Positions 24,749-34,661 of a DNA stretch of 35,801 bases are shown one piece after another. This DNA comes from a virus (Duplodnaviria; Caudoviricetes). The stretch spans positions 1-35,801 of IMG/VR virus record IMGVR_UViG_3300032303_002091. One strand, written 5' to 3'. The notes under the pieces were generated by a model. It saw only the letters and a program-made list of their open reading frames with translations. It had not been told where the DNA came from and searched no databases. A program made the translations under genes and the position numbers. How positions within the stretch are numbered: the stretch's first letter is position 1; every line of letters begins with the position of its first letter.

Positions 24749-27730
24749 TTAATTTAAGCCTGTATAATAGACTTTGTATGTTGTAACTGCATTTGTTGGA
24801 GTTACTAATAATCTCACATTGGCGCCACTGATATCTGTGTTCCAATCTGTTAAACTGGTACTGGTCCACATTTCATTTGACACTGTTATATAACTGGTTG
24901 TGCCATTGGTTGTTATTGCAATGTCTGCAGAATGATAATTGCCGCCGCTGACAATGTTTACTTGATATTTAAGATTATGATAAAAAGCAAATGCTATACT
25001 TACAAGAACTTGATCAGCTGTAGTAGTACTGGTAGTTAAAGCGGCAGTTTGAGTTATTGATCTACCAGCTATTTGTATATTGCCAGCGCCATTACCAAGA
25101 ACCAATGATGGATTTCTAATGTTAAATGTGCCAGTTGTAGTACCCGCATTTATAAGTGTGGCTGCACCACCAATATTAACAGTGGTAGCTGTGGTATTGT
25201 ATAATGTAGCAGTTGTTTGTGTAGTTGTTATGTCACCGCCGTTGACTGCCAAATCACCAGTTAAGGTCATGTCAGCAAATGTTGGACTGCTGGTAGTGGC
25301 TATGTCTTGTGGTGTGCTTAATGTTACTGCACCAGTACTGGCTGAAGCAATAATTTGATTGGCAGTGCCAGTTATTGAAGTTACACCAGCCGATCCTGGA
25401 TCACTGTTGGTAATGGTAATGGTATTGGCATCTGTTCTTGACACAGTAATACCAGTGCCTTGAGCAAACTTTACTGAATCTGTAGTGCTGTCACTACCAT
25501 TTAAGTTTAAGTTAGCACCACCAGTAGCTGTTGATGCATCAATGTTGTATGTTGTATTTGTATCTGTAGAATTTATAGTAACAGCACCAGTTGCACCACT
25601 GATAGATATATTAGTGCCAGCAACAATACTGGTTACACCTGTGTTGCTGACCACTACTGCGCCAGTAGTTGGGCTTACACTTACGCCAGCGCCTGAACCT
25701 GACACACTGGTAACACCTATAGTGGCCAAATCAACCCAGCTGGTGTCAGTGCCATTGGTAGTTAGCAATCTGCCAGTGTTGAGAGTTTGACTGGGCAGTA
25801 ATGCGTTGATAGCATCATTGGCAGTGGTTTGACCAGTACCACCCAAATTGATTGGCACTGTGGTCAATGAAATAACAGTGCCAGTTACATCAATAGGACT
25901 TACACCTGTATAAACATTGCTACGACTAAATTCAGCAAATGTAATAGCACTGGTACCAAATACAATAGCGCCAACGGGTGCATTTAGCACATAAGCAATA
26001 TTGGCCTGTGTAGTGCCGTTTTGTACAAAGAAATAGTCGTTAAGACTTAATTGATTTACACCCGATCCATATGTATCAGCATCTGTGGCACGAGTAAGAA
26101 CAGTGCCACCAGTTGCCCATGTGTATACGCCATTATAAGTTTGATTAGTTTCGTCTTTGACTAAAATACGATTGGTGTTTAGTAATGTGTATCCATCCAA
26201 CACAGTTAAGGCAACACTTAGTGTAATGGTTGCTCCAACACCAACACCAGGCCCGCCTGGTTGATTATACGTTACTGTGCCGCCTGTAATACTTGCAAGA
26301 CTTGCTGTGGTAGCCGCCTGCACTGGAGCGTGAAATGTTAGGCCAGTTGTAGCAATATTATCAACATATTGTTTAGTGGCCAATTGTAAATTAGTAACAG
26401 GATCTTGTGTAACTTCAACACTGGTCAAGCCAGTCAATGTCAATGTGGTATCACCCAATGCTATAGCAGTGTCACCTATGGTAAAACTGCCATCAACCCA
26501 TCCCAAGTTTCCGCTGCCATCTGTGTTGATCACTTGACCACCAATACCATCCGTTAATGGCAGTGTATAATAATTAGTGCTTATTGTGCCAATTGATTTG
26601 AAATTATTGTTAACTGTGGTAGTGCCTGTGCCAGCACCAATGTTTACCGCAGTGGCAGCACCACCTATGTTTAACGTAGTGGCAGTGGTATTGAATAAGT
26701 TTGATGTAGCGGAACTGGTAAGTAAATCACCAGTGGTAGTTCGTATAGAAGAATTTACTTGCAAAGCCGGTCTAACAGTTACATTACCTCCGCTGGCACT
26801 GCCAATGGTCATAGTAGTGGCCGCACCAGCCAAATTAACAGTAGTAGCAGTGGCATTGACCAAATTGAATGTAGCGGCTGTGGTTGTTATGTCACCGCCG
26901 TTCACTGCCAAGTCGCCTGTTAAAGTCATATTGGCAAATGTTGGACTGCTGGTAGTGGCAATGTCTTGTGGAGTACTTAGGGTAACAGCACCAGTACTAC
27001 TTGAAGCAATAATTTGATTGGCAGTGCCAGTTATGCTGGTAACGACACCTAATCCACCAACTGTGGTCCATGACAATGTGCCACTGCCATTGTTGGTTAA
27101 AACACTATTGGCAGCACCTGCTGTACCAGGCAATGTATATGTCAACGTTGATCCAGTAGCAGGCACAGCAAATTGACTGCTGCCGCTGGTTGATCCATTT
27201 AATTTAATTGGTTCGTTAAATTCGGCTGATGTAGATCCTAACGTTAAGAATGGCGTGCCAAAACCACTGGTGCCATTGGTAAAAATAAATGTATCGGTAA
27301 CGGGATCAAAATATAAAAAACCACTGTTTGGTAAACCTTGAAACGTAAGACCCTGAAGACCACTGCTACCATCGCCAATTGCTATTTGTGAATATTCTAA
27401 AAATATTGCTACGTCGGGTTCAGTTTGAAAAACCCCAGGCCCAGTTACATATAAACTCATAAAACTGGGACTGTCTCCAGGCCCAACAGGCTGTCCAATA
27501 CTGACCAATACGTTACCTGTTGTGGGATTTACTGTTACACCAGTGCCAGCATTTACACTATAAACACTGCTGTTGACTTGACCAGTGGTAAAATTACTGG
27601 CATTGCTGTACAGGCCAGTGGTGTTATTTGCGGATACTACACCAATTGCGGTTGTTGAATATGGACTGGTGTTTTCACTGATGGGTACTACTTCTGTTAT
27701 GGCCGATCCATATAAACTGGTGTTAGACAT
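24749..27730 (-). CDS. Long tail fibre protein (993 aa)
   Basis: Thr/Gly-rich; YTLPGTAG...VLTNNGSGTLSW, ATKQYVD, RILVKD...NGVY...LTRATDAD and GVTSIVAG fibre motifs. Confidence 0.85.
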   Translation of the reverse strand: MSNTSLYGSAITEVVPISENTSPYSTTAIGVVSANNTTGLYSNASNFTTGQVNSSVYSVNAGTGVTVNPTTGNVLVSIGQPVGPGDSPSFMSLYVTGPGVFQTEPDVAIFLEYSQIAIGDGSSGLQGLTFQGLPNSGFLYFDPVTDTFIFTNGTSGFGTPFLTLGSTSAEFNEPIKLNGSTSGSSQFAVPATGSTLTYTLPGTAGAANSVLTNNGSGTLSWTTVGGLGVVTSITGTANQIIASSSTGAVTLSTPQDIATTSSPTFANMTLTGDLAVNGGDITTTAATFNLVNATATTVNLAGAATTMTIGSASGGNVTVRPALQVNSSIRTTTGDLLTSSATSNLFNTTATTLNIGGAATAVNIGAGTGTTTVNNNFKSIGTISTNYYTLPLTDGIGGQVINTDGSGNLGWVDGSFTIGDTAIALGDTTLTLTGLTSVEVTQDPVTNLQLATKQYVDNIATTGLTFHAPVQAATTASLASITGGTVTYNQPGGPGVGVGATITLSVALTVLDGYTLLNTNRILVKDETNQTYNGVYTWATGGTVLTRATDADTYGSGVNQLSLNDYFFVQNGTTQANIAYVLNAPVGAIVFGTSAITFAEFSRSNVYTGVSPIDVTGTVISLTTVPINLGGTGQTTANDAINALLPSQTLNTGRLLTTNGTDTSWVDLATIGVTSVSGSGAGVSVSPTTGAVVVSNTGVTSIVAGTNISISGATGAVTINSTDTNTTYNIDASTATGGANLNLNGSDSTTDSVKFAQGTGITVSRTDANTITITNSDPGSAGVTSITGTANQIIASASTGAVTLSTPQDIATTSSPTFADMTLTGDLAVNGGDITTTQTTATLYNTTATTVNIGGAATLINAGTTTGTFNIRNPSLVLGNGAGNIQIAGRSITQTAALTTSTTTADQVLVSIAFAFYHNLKYQVNIVSGGNYHSADIAITTNGTTSYITVSNEMWTSTSLTDWNTDISGANVRLLVTPTNAVTTYKVYYTGLN
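25224..27034. repeat. ~150-bp diverged direct repeat (25224-25375 and 26884-27034)
   Basis: Both encode ITGTANQIIAS[AS]STGAVTLSTPQDIATTSSPTFA[DN]MTLTGDLAVNGGDITT; differences are mostly synonymous. Confidence 0.9.
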
Positions 27731-27739
27731 ACTGTCTCC

Positions 27740-28951
27740 TTATCTTATGTTGTATTGACGATATTGACGCGGTTGCCAAACACTTGACAACTTGGTATGT
27801 CCACCTGACCATTTACCCAAATTGTTTTGATCCAATACTGTGTCATAGGCCAAATCAAACTTTCCTGCGTATATGCTGGCATCTGCGGCATTGTGACGTT
27901 TGATAAAATACTCTCGTAAACTTGCGTAGACATAACCTTCTGGCCATGTGTTTAATACTGCATTGGTCTGTACAGTTTGGTTAATTATTTTAATAGTGGT
28001 AACATCGCCTGCTACGGGAGTTGTTCCGCCTGTGGCTGTGTAGGTAATACCATTTGCGCCAATTAAACTGGTTACTGTGTAAACACCGCCAGTGCCTAAT
28101 GATCCTGTGTCATCAATAGCAGATATTTCTTCACCTATGTCCATGCCTTCGTTGGTAGTCATGTTTGATATTGTGGCAGTCCAAGGACCTGCACCTGATA
28201 TTGAACCCACTGTGCCTGTTGTGCTGACCAATGTGTCTGCCACTGGACTGAATAACAATGGCCATGCTTTGTAATAATACATGTTGACCAAAGCACCTAC
28301 ACCCAAGGTAGGCACGAATTGATATTTGTTATAAACTTCACTGAACTTGCCGCGAATAATCTGTGGCACATTGACTGGTTGCAAGTACAATTGTGCCAAC
28401 ATGCTTTGAGCAATAATATCTCTGTCACCGATACGGTCATAGATAATCCAAGGACCAGTAGGAGTGCTGGTTGCGGCATTGGTGCTGAATGTTATGGTAC
28501 CACTGACTGTGCCGGTATTGGCTATGCTGAGTGTAATGGTTTGCGTAGGACTGGTACCAGTAACATTGGTCACTGTGGCATTGGTAGCAATACCAGTGCC
28601 TGACACTATCATGCCATTTACAATGGGTTGATTGTTTATTGTAGCTGTTGTGGTAACAATGGTTGTGGCACCACTTGAACCTGTACAGGTTGCACTTGTT
28701 GAATATTGATAACCTTGTCTAAAAAACAAGATTGGTCTGTTCATGTCGCCTGGAATTTCCAATTGTCCAGTGCTGTCAATAACACCAATATTGGCTGGAG
28801 CATATGGATCACTACGTAGTGCTGGTAATTCAACATTACGCATTGACATTTCTGCCATATTGATACATTGTTTAATTTCGTTAGTGTTAGTACTACCGGT
28901 AAAATCTTTTAGATAATCAACTAAGTCGTCTGCTGTTGGAATAAAAAACAT
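27740..28951 (-). CDS. Head-tail adaptor (SU10 adaptor / tail tubular A-like) with inserted beta domains (403 aa)
   Basis: IKQCINMAEMSMR N-terminal helix, VNMYYYK and NTWPEGYVYASLRE motifs; position after the capsid genes. Confidence 0.7.
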   Translation of the reverse strand: MFFIPTADDLVDYLKDFTGSTNTNEIKQCINMAEMSMRNVELPALRSDPYAPANIGVIDSTGQLEIPGDMNRPILFFRQGYQYSTSATCTGSSGATTIVTTTATINNQPIVNGMIVSGTGIATNATVTNVTGTSPTQTITLSIANTGTVSGTITFSTNAATSTPTGPWIIYDRIGDRDIIAQSMLAQLYLQPVNVPQIIRGKFSEVYNKYQFVPTLGVGALVNMYYYKAWPLLFSPVADTLVSTTGTVGSISGAGPWTATISNMTTNEGMDIGEEISAIDDTGSLGTGGVYTVTSLIGANGITYTATGGTTPVAGDVTTIKIINQTVQTNAVLNTWPEGYVYASLREYFIKRHNAADASIYAGKFDLAYDTVLDQNNLGKWSGGHTKLSSVWQPRQYRQYNIR

Positions 28952-28952
28952 A

Positions 28953-29537
28953 TTAGTGTCCCTTGAAGAATCGTTGTTGTCCTACTTTAGTAGGATATGG
29001 TACATCAACAGGTATTGGCAACCTGCCATGCGGGTAGCAGACAAACTGTGGATATTCCTGTTGCACAACACGATAGAATTGTGCTTTTAATGTACGGTCA
29101 TGTTTGATAGCGTGCCATGGCATGCCACCAAAATATTCATCACTGATTTTAATAGCAACTACATTGGGCAAGTCCATCCATTTGTAACCAATAGTGCCAT
29201 CAGGCATATATGGACCCAGTGGATCCGGCACGCCTGCTTCAGCGGCTGCTCTATAGGCTTTGACACCCGCTATCACTGCTTCAATATTGTGCTGTTCTCG
29301 TTTAATGTAAAACTTGCCATCTTCGCGTCCAGTGGTAACGGTAATATTACCGCTTTTGTTGTAGTCACTACGCTGCCAATCGCCTTTCATGGCATTGTAT
29401 AACCGGTCGTTTTGCAATAATTTGTCGGCTACACCATTGTGGTTGGTAATGGTACCACCATGATCTTGACGCCAGTAGTTGTGATTTTTCTCTGGGTCCG
29501 TGTTGTCTAAATATTCGGGTTGATTTATATTGTTCAT
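28953..29537 (-). CDS. Conserved hypothetical head-module protein (194 aa)
   Basis: Lies between capsid and adaptor; ATG 5 nt after CTAAATA. Confidence 0.8.
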   Translation of the reverse strand: MNNINQPEYLDNTDPEKNHNYWRQDHGGTITNHNGVADKLLQNDRLYNAMKGDWQRSDYNKSGNITVTTGREDGKFYIKREQHNIEAVIAGVKAYRAAAEAGVPDPLGPYMPDGTIGYKWMDLPNVVAIKISDEYFGGMPWHAIKHDRTLKAQFYRVVQQEYPQFVCYPHGRLPIPVDVPYPTKVGQQRFFKGH

Positions 29538-29542
29538 ATGTA

Positions 29543-29548
29543 TATTTA
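29543..29548 (-). promoter_or_regulatory. TAAATA late-promoter-like motif (leaderless geometry)
   Basis: CTAAATA-TACAT-ATG, directly after the capsid hairpin; no SD. Confidence 0.7.
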
Positions 29549-29555
29549 GTCATGA

Positions 29556-29579
29556 CAAAGGCTACCGAAGTAGCCTTTG
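29556..29579 (-). terminator. CUUCGG tetraloop hairpin after the capsid gene
   Basis: CAAAGGCTAC-TTCG-GTAGCCTTTG perfect 10-bp stem; weak U tail. Confidence 0.75.
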
Positions 29580-29602
29580 CAAGTATCACACTACCTAACT
29601 GA

Positions 29603-30832
29603 TTAGGAAACGCTACCTGGACCTGCGTTTACACGACGTACCAAGTTGGCATTACGTGGGCTTGTAACAATTGTGCTACCAGTTGTGATGTTGTTTAACA
29701 TACCAACACCTGCTGGGTTACGAACAATTAGTGTACCTTCCATTAAGAACTGATCTAATGAAGCGTCAGCTGAACTGAATACTTCATTGTTAGGACCTAA
29801 GTCACGTAAACTTCCCCATTGCAAGACGTCCTCGTTCAAGAAGTAAATGCTGTTGCTTGTACCAGACTGGTCCATAATCCATGAATCATAAACTTCGTAT
29901 GTGTAGTTGAAGTCGCCTTCGTAAGTTTGAATTGTGTCACCACGCTCAACATTACGACGGTTTACGCTGGTGTTTGAACTAACAATGTTGTCACTGATAG
30001 TTGTGCGTAAACTTGTTGGAACAACCATAGTACGAATCTTAGCGTTGTAACGTTGTTCAGCAGTAGTTACCAATTGCTTGTATAATACTGGGCTGAATAC
30101 TTGATTGCTAAAACCAGAACCGTTTGGTGTGTAGTAGTAGTTACCTGAAGCAACAACATACAATGCGTTAGTACCGCTTGGGCTACCTGTCAATTGACTC
30201 AATGTTGTTGAACTTGTGTCACTGCTGGGTGCGTTGTAGTTTGTTGTCAAACCTGCTTCTGTACCACTTACTGTGTTGAAACTCAGTGTACCTGCGTATG
30301 AAGCCAATGAACCCATACGACGACCACTTGTGTTTTGGCTACCAGCAGTAGTTTGGCTGTTACCAGTAGCAGTACCACTTTGACCTGAATACTGTGTACC
30401 GATTTGGTCATTACGAACTAACTGTTGTTCCACGTCAAACATCATTTCAATCAATTGCTTGACTTCTTGATATGCTTGTGGATCACCACCAGATTGCATA
30501 ACAGCACGAGCAGTACCAGTGGCACCAATCGTAGTTTGGAAAATCTGTGTGAAGTTGTTCAAGTTGTAACGCTGATTACTTTCTGCGTAGGTTGGGCTAA
30601 CTGCGGCACCTTCTTGTACAGCATTAACTGCTGGCAAGCGATAAATGTCATCAGTCCACAAAGGTTGTGTGCTGTTAACTTTACGCTTTTTGCTCATACA
30701 CATGTTTAGAACAGGTGTATCATCTTTAACTCTGTTAGAGACATCTAAATCTAAATCTTTGACAACGATATCAGTTGCGAACGGGCCTGTACCATTGCCA
30801 AGATTTGTAGTATTAATTGCATATGTAGGCAT
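29603..30832 (-). CDS. Major capsid protein (SU10 MCP / DUF5309-like, 409 aa)
   Basis: DTPVL...W.DD...AVQEG...NFTQIF...GTARAV...AYQEVKQLIE..DVEQ...RRMGSL and GTLIVRNP motifs; strong AAGGAGG SD; follows the scaffold gene. Confidence 0.9.
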   Translation of the reverse strand: MPTYAINTTNLGNGTGPFATDIVVKDLDLDVSNRVKDDTPVLNMCMSKKRKVNSTQPLWTDDIYRLPAVNAVQEGAAVSPTYAESNQRYNLNNFTQIFQTTIGATGTARAVMQSGGDPQAYQEVKQLIEMMFDVEQQLVRNDQIGTQYSGQSGTATGNSQTTAGSQNTSGRRMGSLASYAGTLSFNTVSGTEAGLTTNYNAPSSDTSSTTLSQLTGSPSGTNALYVVASGNYYYTPNGSGFSNQVFSPVLYKQLVTTAEQRYNAKIRTMVVPTSLRTTISDNIVSSNTSVNRRNVERGDTIQTYEGDFNYTYEVYDSWIMDQSGTSNSIYFLNEDVLQWGSLRDLGPNNEVFSSADASLDQFLMEGTLIVRNPAGVGMLNNITTGSTIVTSPRNANLVRRVNAGPGSVS

Positions 30833-30850
30833 AATGGCCTCCTTAAAATA

Positions 30851-31981
30851 TTATCTACCACCTCTACCCTGTCGCATTCGTTGCAACTGGGCCATTAAGA
30901 GGTTGTCGCCAGCGGTCTTATCGCCGGCTTTGGCTTGTTCACGAAGTTTTTCAATATTGCTATCTGCAGACCTTGAAGTATTGCTTGAGCCTTTGCGACC
31001 AGTCAACTGTGCCATACTGGCACCTGCTGACTTGGTAGTGGGTTTATCTCTATATCGTAAACCATCACGTACTAAACTTAATAAGCTTTCGTCACTGGCA
31101 AGTAAATCAATATTGGCTACACCTGGAATCAATTGCTGACTGGCTTGTGGCCAAATCTTAGCAATCTTATCACGTACTTCATTGTAGACATATTCATTTT
31201 TTAACTCTTTGTCCTGAAAGTTCTTACGAGTATGAGTTAATATCTCATTTACCTGATGGGCACGAACTTGTTTGAACTGATCTACTGCTGGTTGTAACTG
31301 GCCTATGACCTGTTGCTGTTGCCTTATCCATCGTTCATTCTGTTGCATACTCGCTTGAATCCTTGCTCTTTGAGCTGGATCCTGTGTTCTGGCCAATTGT
31401 TGCTGAAACGTTGTTTGATAATTTTGAGTTTTCAAAATCTCATCATACGCACTTTGCAACTTTGGTTGAACAGTAAACTCCATTGCCAAAGTTAAACCTT
31501 CTTGCTTTGCACGAACCTCATTTAAGTATTCATCAAACTGGGCTCTATCAACTTTTAACTGTCTTGCTTCTTCGTGTATTGCTGATCCTTGGCCCAATAT
31601 TGCCGCTGCCTTTTTAGCATCAATTACAACTTCTTTACCATTACGCATAAACTTGAACTTGGCGTTCGGGTTTGTGTCTGCGAATTCTAAGAAATCAATA
31701 AGTTCATCTGCTGTTGAATTACTACTGTCAGTGCTTACAGTTTCCTGGGCGTCTGCTTCATAATCGGCTGTGTCTATATTGTTGCTGTCAGTATCATCAA
31801 TTTCTGGCACAGCATCACTGCTGTTGGGTGCCACAGGGTTTTGACCTGTTGCAGTTTGATTTGGGTCTTGCAGTTGATTACGCATTGCGGTCATTTTGTC
31901 TGCTATGACTTGGTCCAAACTTTGAACTGCTTGTGATTCAGTGGCCGCCGGTTGCTGGTTAGGGCTGATCGTTGTTTCCAT
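30851..31981 (-). CDS. Capsid scaffolding protein (376 aa)
   Basis: Acidic disordered N-terminus, NGKEVVI motif, long Gln-rich coil, basic C-terminus; directly upstream of the capsid gene. Confidence 0.8.
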   Translation of the reverse strand: METTISPNQQPAATESQAVQSLDQVIADKMTAMRNQLQDPNQTATGQNPVAPNSSDAVPEIDDTDSNNIDTADYEADAQETVSTDSSNSTADELIDFLEFADTNPNAKFKFMRNGKEVVIDAKKAAAILGQGSAIHEEARQLKVDRAQFDEYLNEVRAKQEGLTLAMEFTVQPKLQSAYDEILKTQNYQTTFQQQLARTQDPAQRARIQASMQQNERWIRQQQQVIGQLQPAVDQFKQVRAHQVNEILTHTRKNFQDKELKNEYVYNEVRDKIAKIWPQASQQLIPGVANIDLLASDESLLSLVRDGLRYRDKPTTKSAGASMAQLTGRKGSSNTSRSADSNIEKLREQAKAGDKTAGDNLLMAQLQRMRQGRGGR

Positions 31982-31994
31982 ATATTTTCCTTAA

Positions 31995-32336
31995 TTATAC
32001 ATTGGGGACTTCATTAGTCTTACCAATGCGGTTTTTTAAGTAAACAGCCCTTTTGAGACTGTTTACAAAATTGTCAACGCCCGCAAGTTCGTTACTGATA
32101 GCGATCCTGCGAGTGTTGTCGTCCAGCGTATGACTGCGAATGGATGCTAATTCATCCGCCAGACTGAATTTGAAATGATGTATAAACAATGCTAATTCTT
32201 TGTTTTTTAACAATGCTTCTGCTTGACTGCCATAATGTCTAACTCTGTCTGCTTGACTGGGAGTCAAAGACTTTAATTGACCAACATCTATTGTCAATCT
32301 GGCGTTGTATGCTTCTATGCTATCTTCACTAATCAT
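31995..32336 (-). CDS. Conserved hypothetical protein between portal and scaffold (113 aa)
   Basis: GSQAEALLKN helix motif typical of this gene position; ATG 6 nt after ATAAATA. Confidence 0.75.
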   Translation of the reverse strand: MISEDSIEAYNARLTIDVGQLKSLTPSQADRVRHYGSQAEALLKNKELALFIHHFKFSLADELASIRSHTLDDNTRRIAISNELAGVDNFVNSLKRAVYLKNRIGKTNEVPNV

Positions 32337-32342
32337 ATCGTT

Positions 32343-32348
32343 TATTTA
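32343..32348 (-). promoter_or_regulatory. TAAATA late-promoter-like motif (leaderless geometry) heading the scaffold-capsid operon
   Basis: CATAAATA-AACGAT-ATG; no SD. Confidence 0.65.
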
Positions 32349-32354
32349 TGTCAA

Positions 32355-34637
32355 TTAACTGTATACCTTGGGATCACCGGCTGCCATGCTCATGAAGTCC
32401 AATTGACTTTCAGCATCAGTGCCGGCCACTTCCATTTCTATTTGTCGGGCTTTGACATCGTTCAAGTTGGCCACGCTTAGTTTCTGTTTGTCTTCTGGGT
32501 TTGGTTCACGAGTGGCTCGTTGTTCTTCTGCCTGTGCTAACATGGCTTTGACTTCGTCATCACTTGGCAAGTATGTGTCGCTGTCTTTGACACCCAATAC
32601 ATATAGTGTGTCAGCAAATGGCTTTTTGATCTTTTTGTAAATCTCCGGAGTTAGCGTACCTGCTTCTACCATGCTTTGTGTAGCTGAATATAATTCAGCC
32701 TGACACTTTTGAATAATTTGCAAGCGACCTAATGCGTTTTCTTCACTCATCATGCCCAAAGACAATTCCAAATGTATTTGATGACGATCACAGAAGTTCA
32801 TGTCATCCCAAGCCAAATAATCTAAGAACACGGGTTGCTTGTCCGGATGGCTTGTGGCTGCTAACTTTTTAACGCCATAGTCATCACCATACTGTATCAG
32901 TGTGCGCCATACCAACCATAGTGCTTCACGTAGGCCTTCTGCACAGTTACGCACTGTATTGTCTTGTATAATTTGATTGGGTGTTAGGGCCATTTGCAGT
33001 TTGATGCCGCTGTTACCTGGTGCCATGACTTCTGGGTTAAACACATCCTGCGGAGTTGTCATGCCCACCATGGCCATGGTGTCTTGTTGTATGCGATCCA
33101 TGGCCACTTCTAAGAACTGCAAATTACCACTGGGAGGAGGAATTTGATAAATGTCTTTGGCTGGATCAAACTTGCTGTCCAAAATAAAGATAGCACTTTC
33201 GCCATCCTGCAACATTTCAAAGTCAAGTCTATCTGGCTTGACACCAATACGTGGAGTTGCTGTTAACAAGCCCAATTGTATTTCTGCACGAGCCGCTGAT
33301 GTGTTGTATTCCTGCATGGGAATAACTGACTCAGCAATGCTCATACCATAGAAGTTGCCAGGCAAGGGTTTTGGACACATGTTGGCCACTGGAATAAATT
33401 CAACTTCACGGGCACTGATAATATAACTGCCTGAATAGATCAATTCAACCAATTCTAATTCGCCATCACCATCTATGTCATAACGATTCCACACTGTGAC
33501 AATACTGATAATGCGACTGTCTGGATCTGCACTTGCGGCACTGCTGACAGGAATACCCATGACTGGTACTGAGTCACGTGCGTGTATGGCCAAGTTGTTC
33601 AACACTGAACCTGCTTGGTATGCTCCGTTCATGTTGTATTCGGCATGCACACGAAACTTTTCCAAATCAATATCTGGATATAGATCCATTGCTTCCTGTA
33701 TAGTCATAGGATCATAAAAACCACAGAATGGCTGATCTTTCATTTCTGGCACTGTGGGATCACAGATCCAGTAGTGCTGTGCAATGGGATGAAACTTGAC
33801 GTTGATATTGTAGCCAGTTAGTTTATACTTGGCCTTGTAAATTGTATTGCGTTTGATTGCACTACGCAGTATCTCATCTTGTCCGTCCACTTGATCCTGT
33901 GCCATGGCTGTTTGCTCTGCCATCATGTTCAAAGGATCTTGTTCTTCTGGCAATTGTTTTAATTGATCTATTTGCATGTTAATTTGGTCTTGACCAAATT
34001 GCTGTTGTTGATCACCTGCCAGCTGTTGTATCTCAGCAAGAACTTTATCCATTTCAACGTTGATTTGTCTGCGGCTTTGACGCATGGCTGTGAGTCCGCT
34101 TTCTGCTGCCTGCTGTTCAAAGGCACGCAATTGATCCATTGTGCCTTCTGTTTCCACATAGCGCACAATTTGTTCACGCACGGGTTTAATCATCATCATG
34201 CCATTTTTATGCATACAAGCATCCATGATCCAACGCTCTAATATAAAATGTGGATCATTCATTTGATTAACAACTTTGCTGACCATGTTAGTGGCCTGAC
34301 GAGCCGCTTCGTTGTCATCTTCTCCGTCTGCTACAAATTCAAAGTTTATTTCGCCATTGCCAATAAGGCCTTTGGCAATAACTGCTGTGGCATAGTCCAC
34401 TACCGGTTTAACTGTGGGATGAATGTAATCCATGCCATTAACAGGTGCTGTTGATTCACTAACAGCCAAGCATAGATAGTGATAGTCAGCCGCGCGATTT
34501 ACTGCGTTCTTTGTGCCCAAGTAGCGCAGATAACTGGCCATCTTTGTATCCATTTGATTCTTCATACGAACAAAACGATTGTTGATTGTTCTGTTTTGAT
34601 CTATATCTTGAATCGGTATACATTTAATGTTTAACAT
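32355..34637 (-). CDS. Portal protein (P22/SU10-like, 760 aa)
   Basis: EDDNEAARQAT, DACMHKNGMM, YDIDGDGELEL and PKPLPGNFYGMSIAE motifs; lies between terminase and scaffold. Confidence 0.92.
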   Translation of the reverse strand: MLNIKCIPIQDIDQNRTINNRFVRMKNQMDTKMASYLRYLGTKNAVNRAADYHYLCLAVSESTAPVNGMDYIHPTVKPVVDYATAVIAKGLIGNGEINFEFVADGEDDNEAARQATNMVSKVVNQMNDPHFILERWIMDACMHKNGMMMIKPVREQIVRYVETEGTMDQLRAFEQQAAESGLTAMRQSRRQINVEMDKVLAEIQQLAGDQQQQFGQDQINMQIDQLKQLPEEQDPLNMMAEQTAMAQDQVDGQDEILRSAIKRNTIYKAKYKLTGYNINVKFHPIAQHYWICDPTVPEMKDQPFCGFYDPMTIQEAMDLYPDIDLEKFRVHAEYNMNGAYQAGSVLNNLAIHARDSVPVMGIPVSSAASADPDSRIISIVTVWNRYDIDGDGELELVELIYSGSYIISAREVEFIPVANMCPKPLPGNFYGMSIAESVIPMQEYNTSAARAEIQLGLLTATPRIGVKPDRLDFEMLQDGESAIFILDSKFDPAKDIYQIPPPSGNLQFLEVAMDRIQQDTMAMVGMTTPQDVFNPEVMAPGNSGIKLQMALTPNQIIQDNTVRNCAEGLREALWLVWRTLIQYGDDYGVKKLAATSHPDKQPVFLDYLAWDDMNFCDRHQIHLELSLGMMSEENALGRLQIIQKCQAELYSATQSMVEAGTLTPEIYKKIKKPFADTLYVLGVKDSDTYLPSDDEVKAMLAQAEEQRATREPNPEDKQKLSVANLNDVKARQIEMEVAGTDAESQLDFMSMAAGDPKVYS

Positions 34638-34661
34638 CGTAAGATATCCTTAATAATACAT

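Noticed and set aside
25224-27034. Repeat pair as a diversity-generating retroelement TR/VR
   Set aside because: Both copies are in frame within one gene, differences are mostly synonymous and not adenine-specific, and no reverse transcriptase is present.
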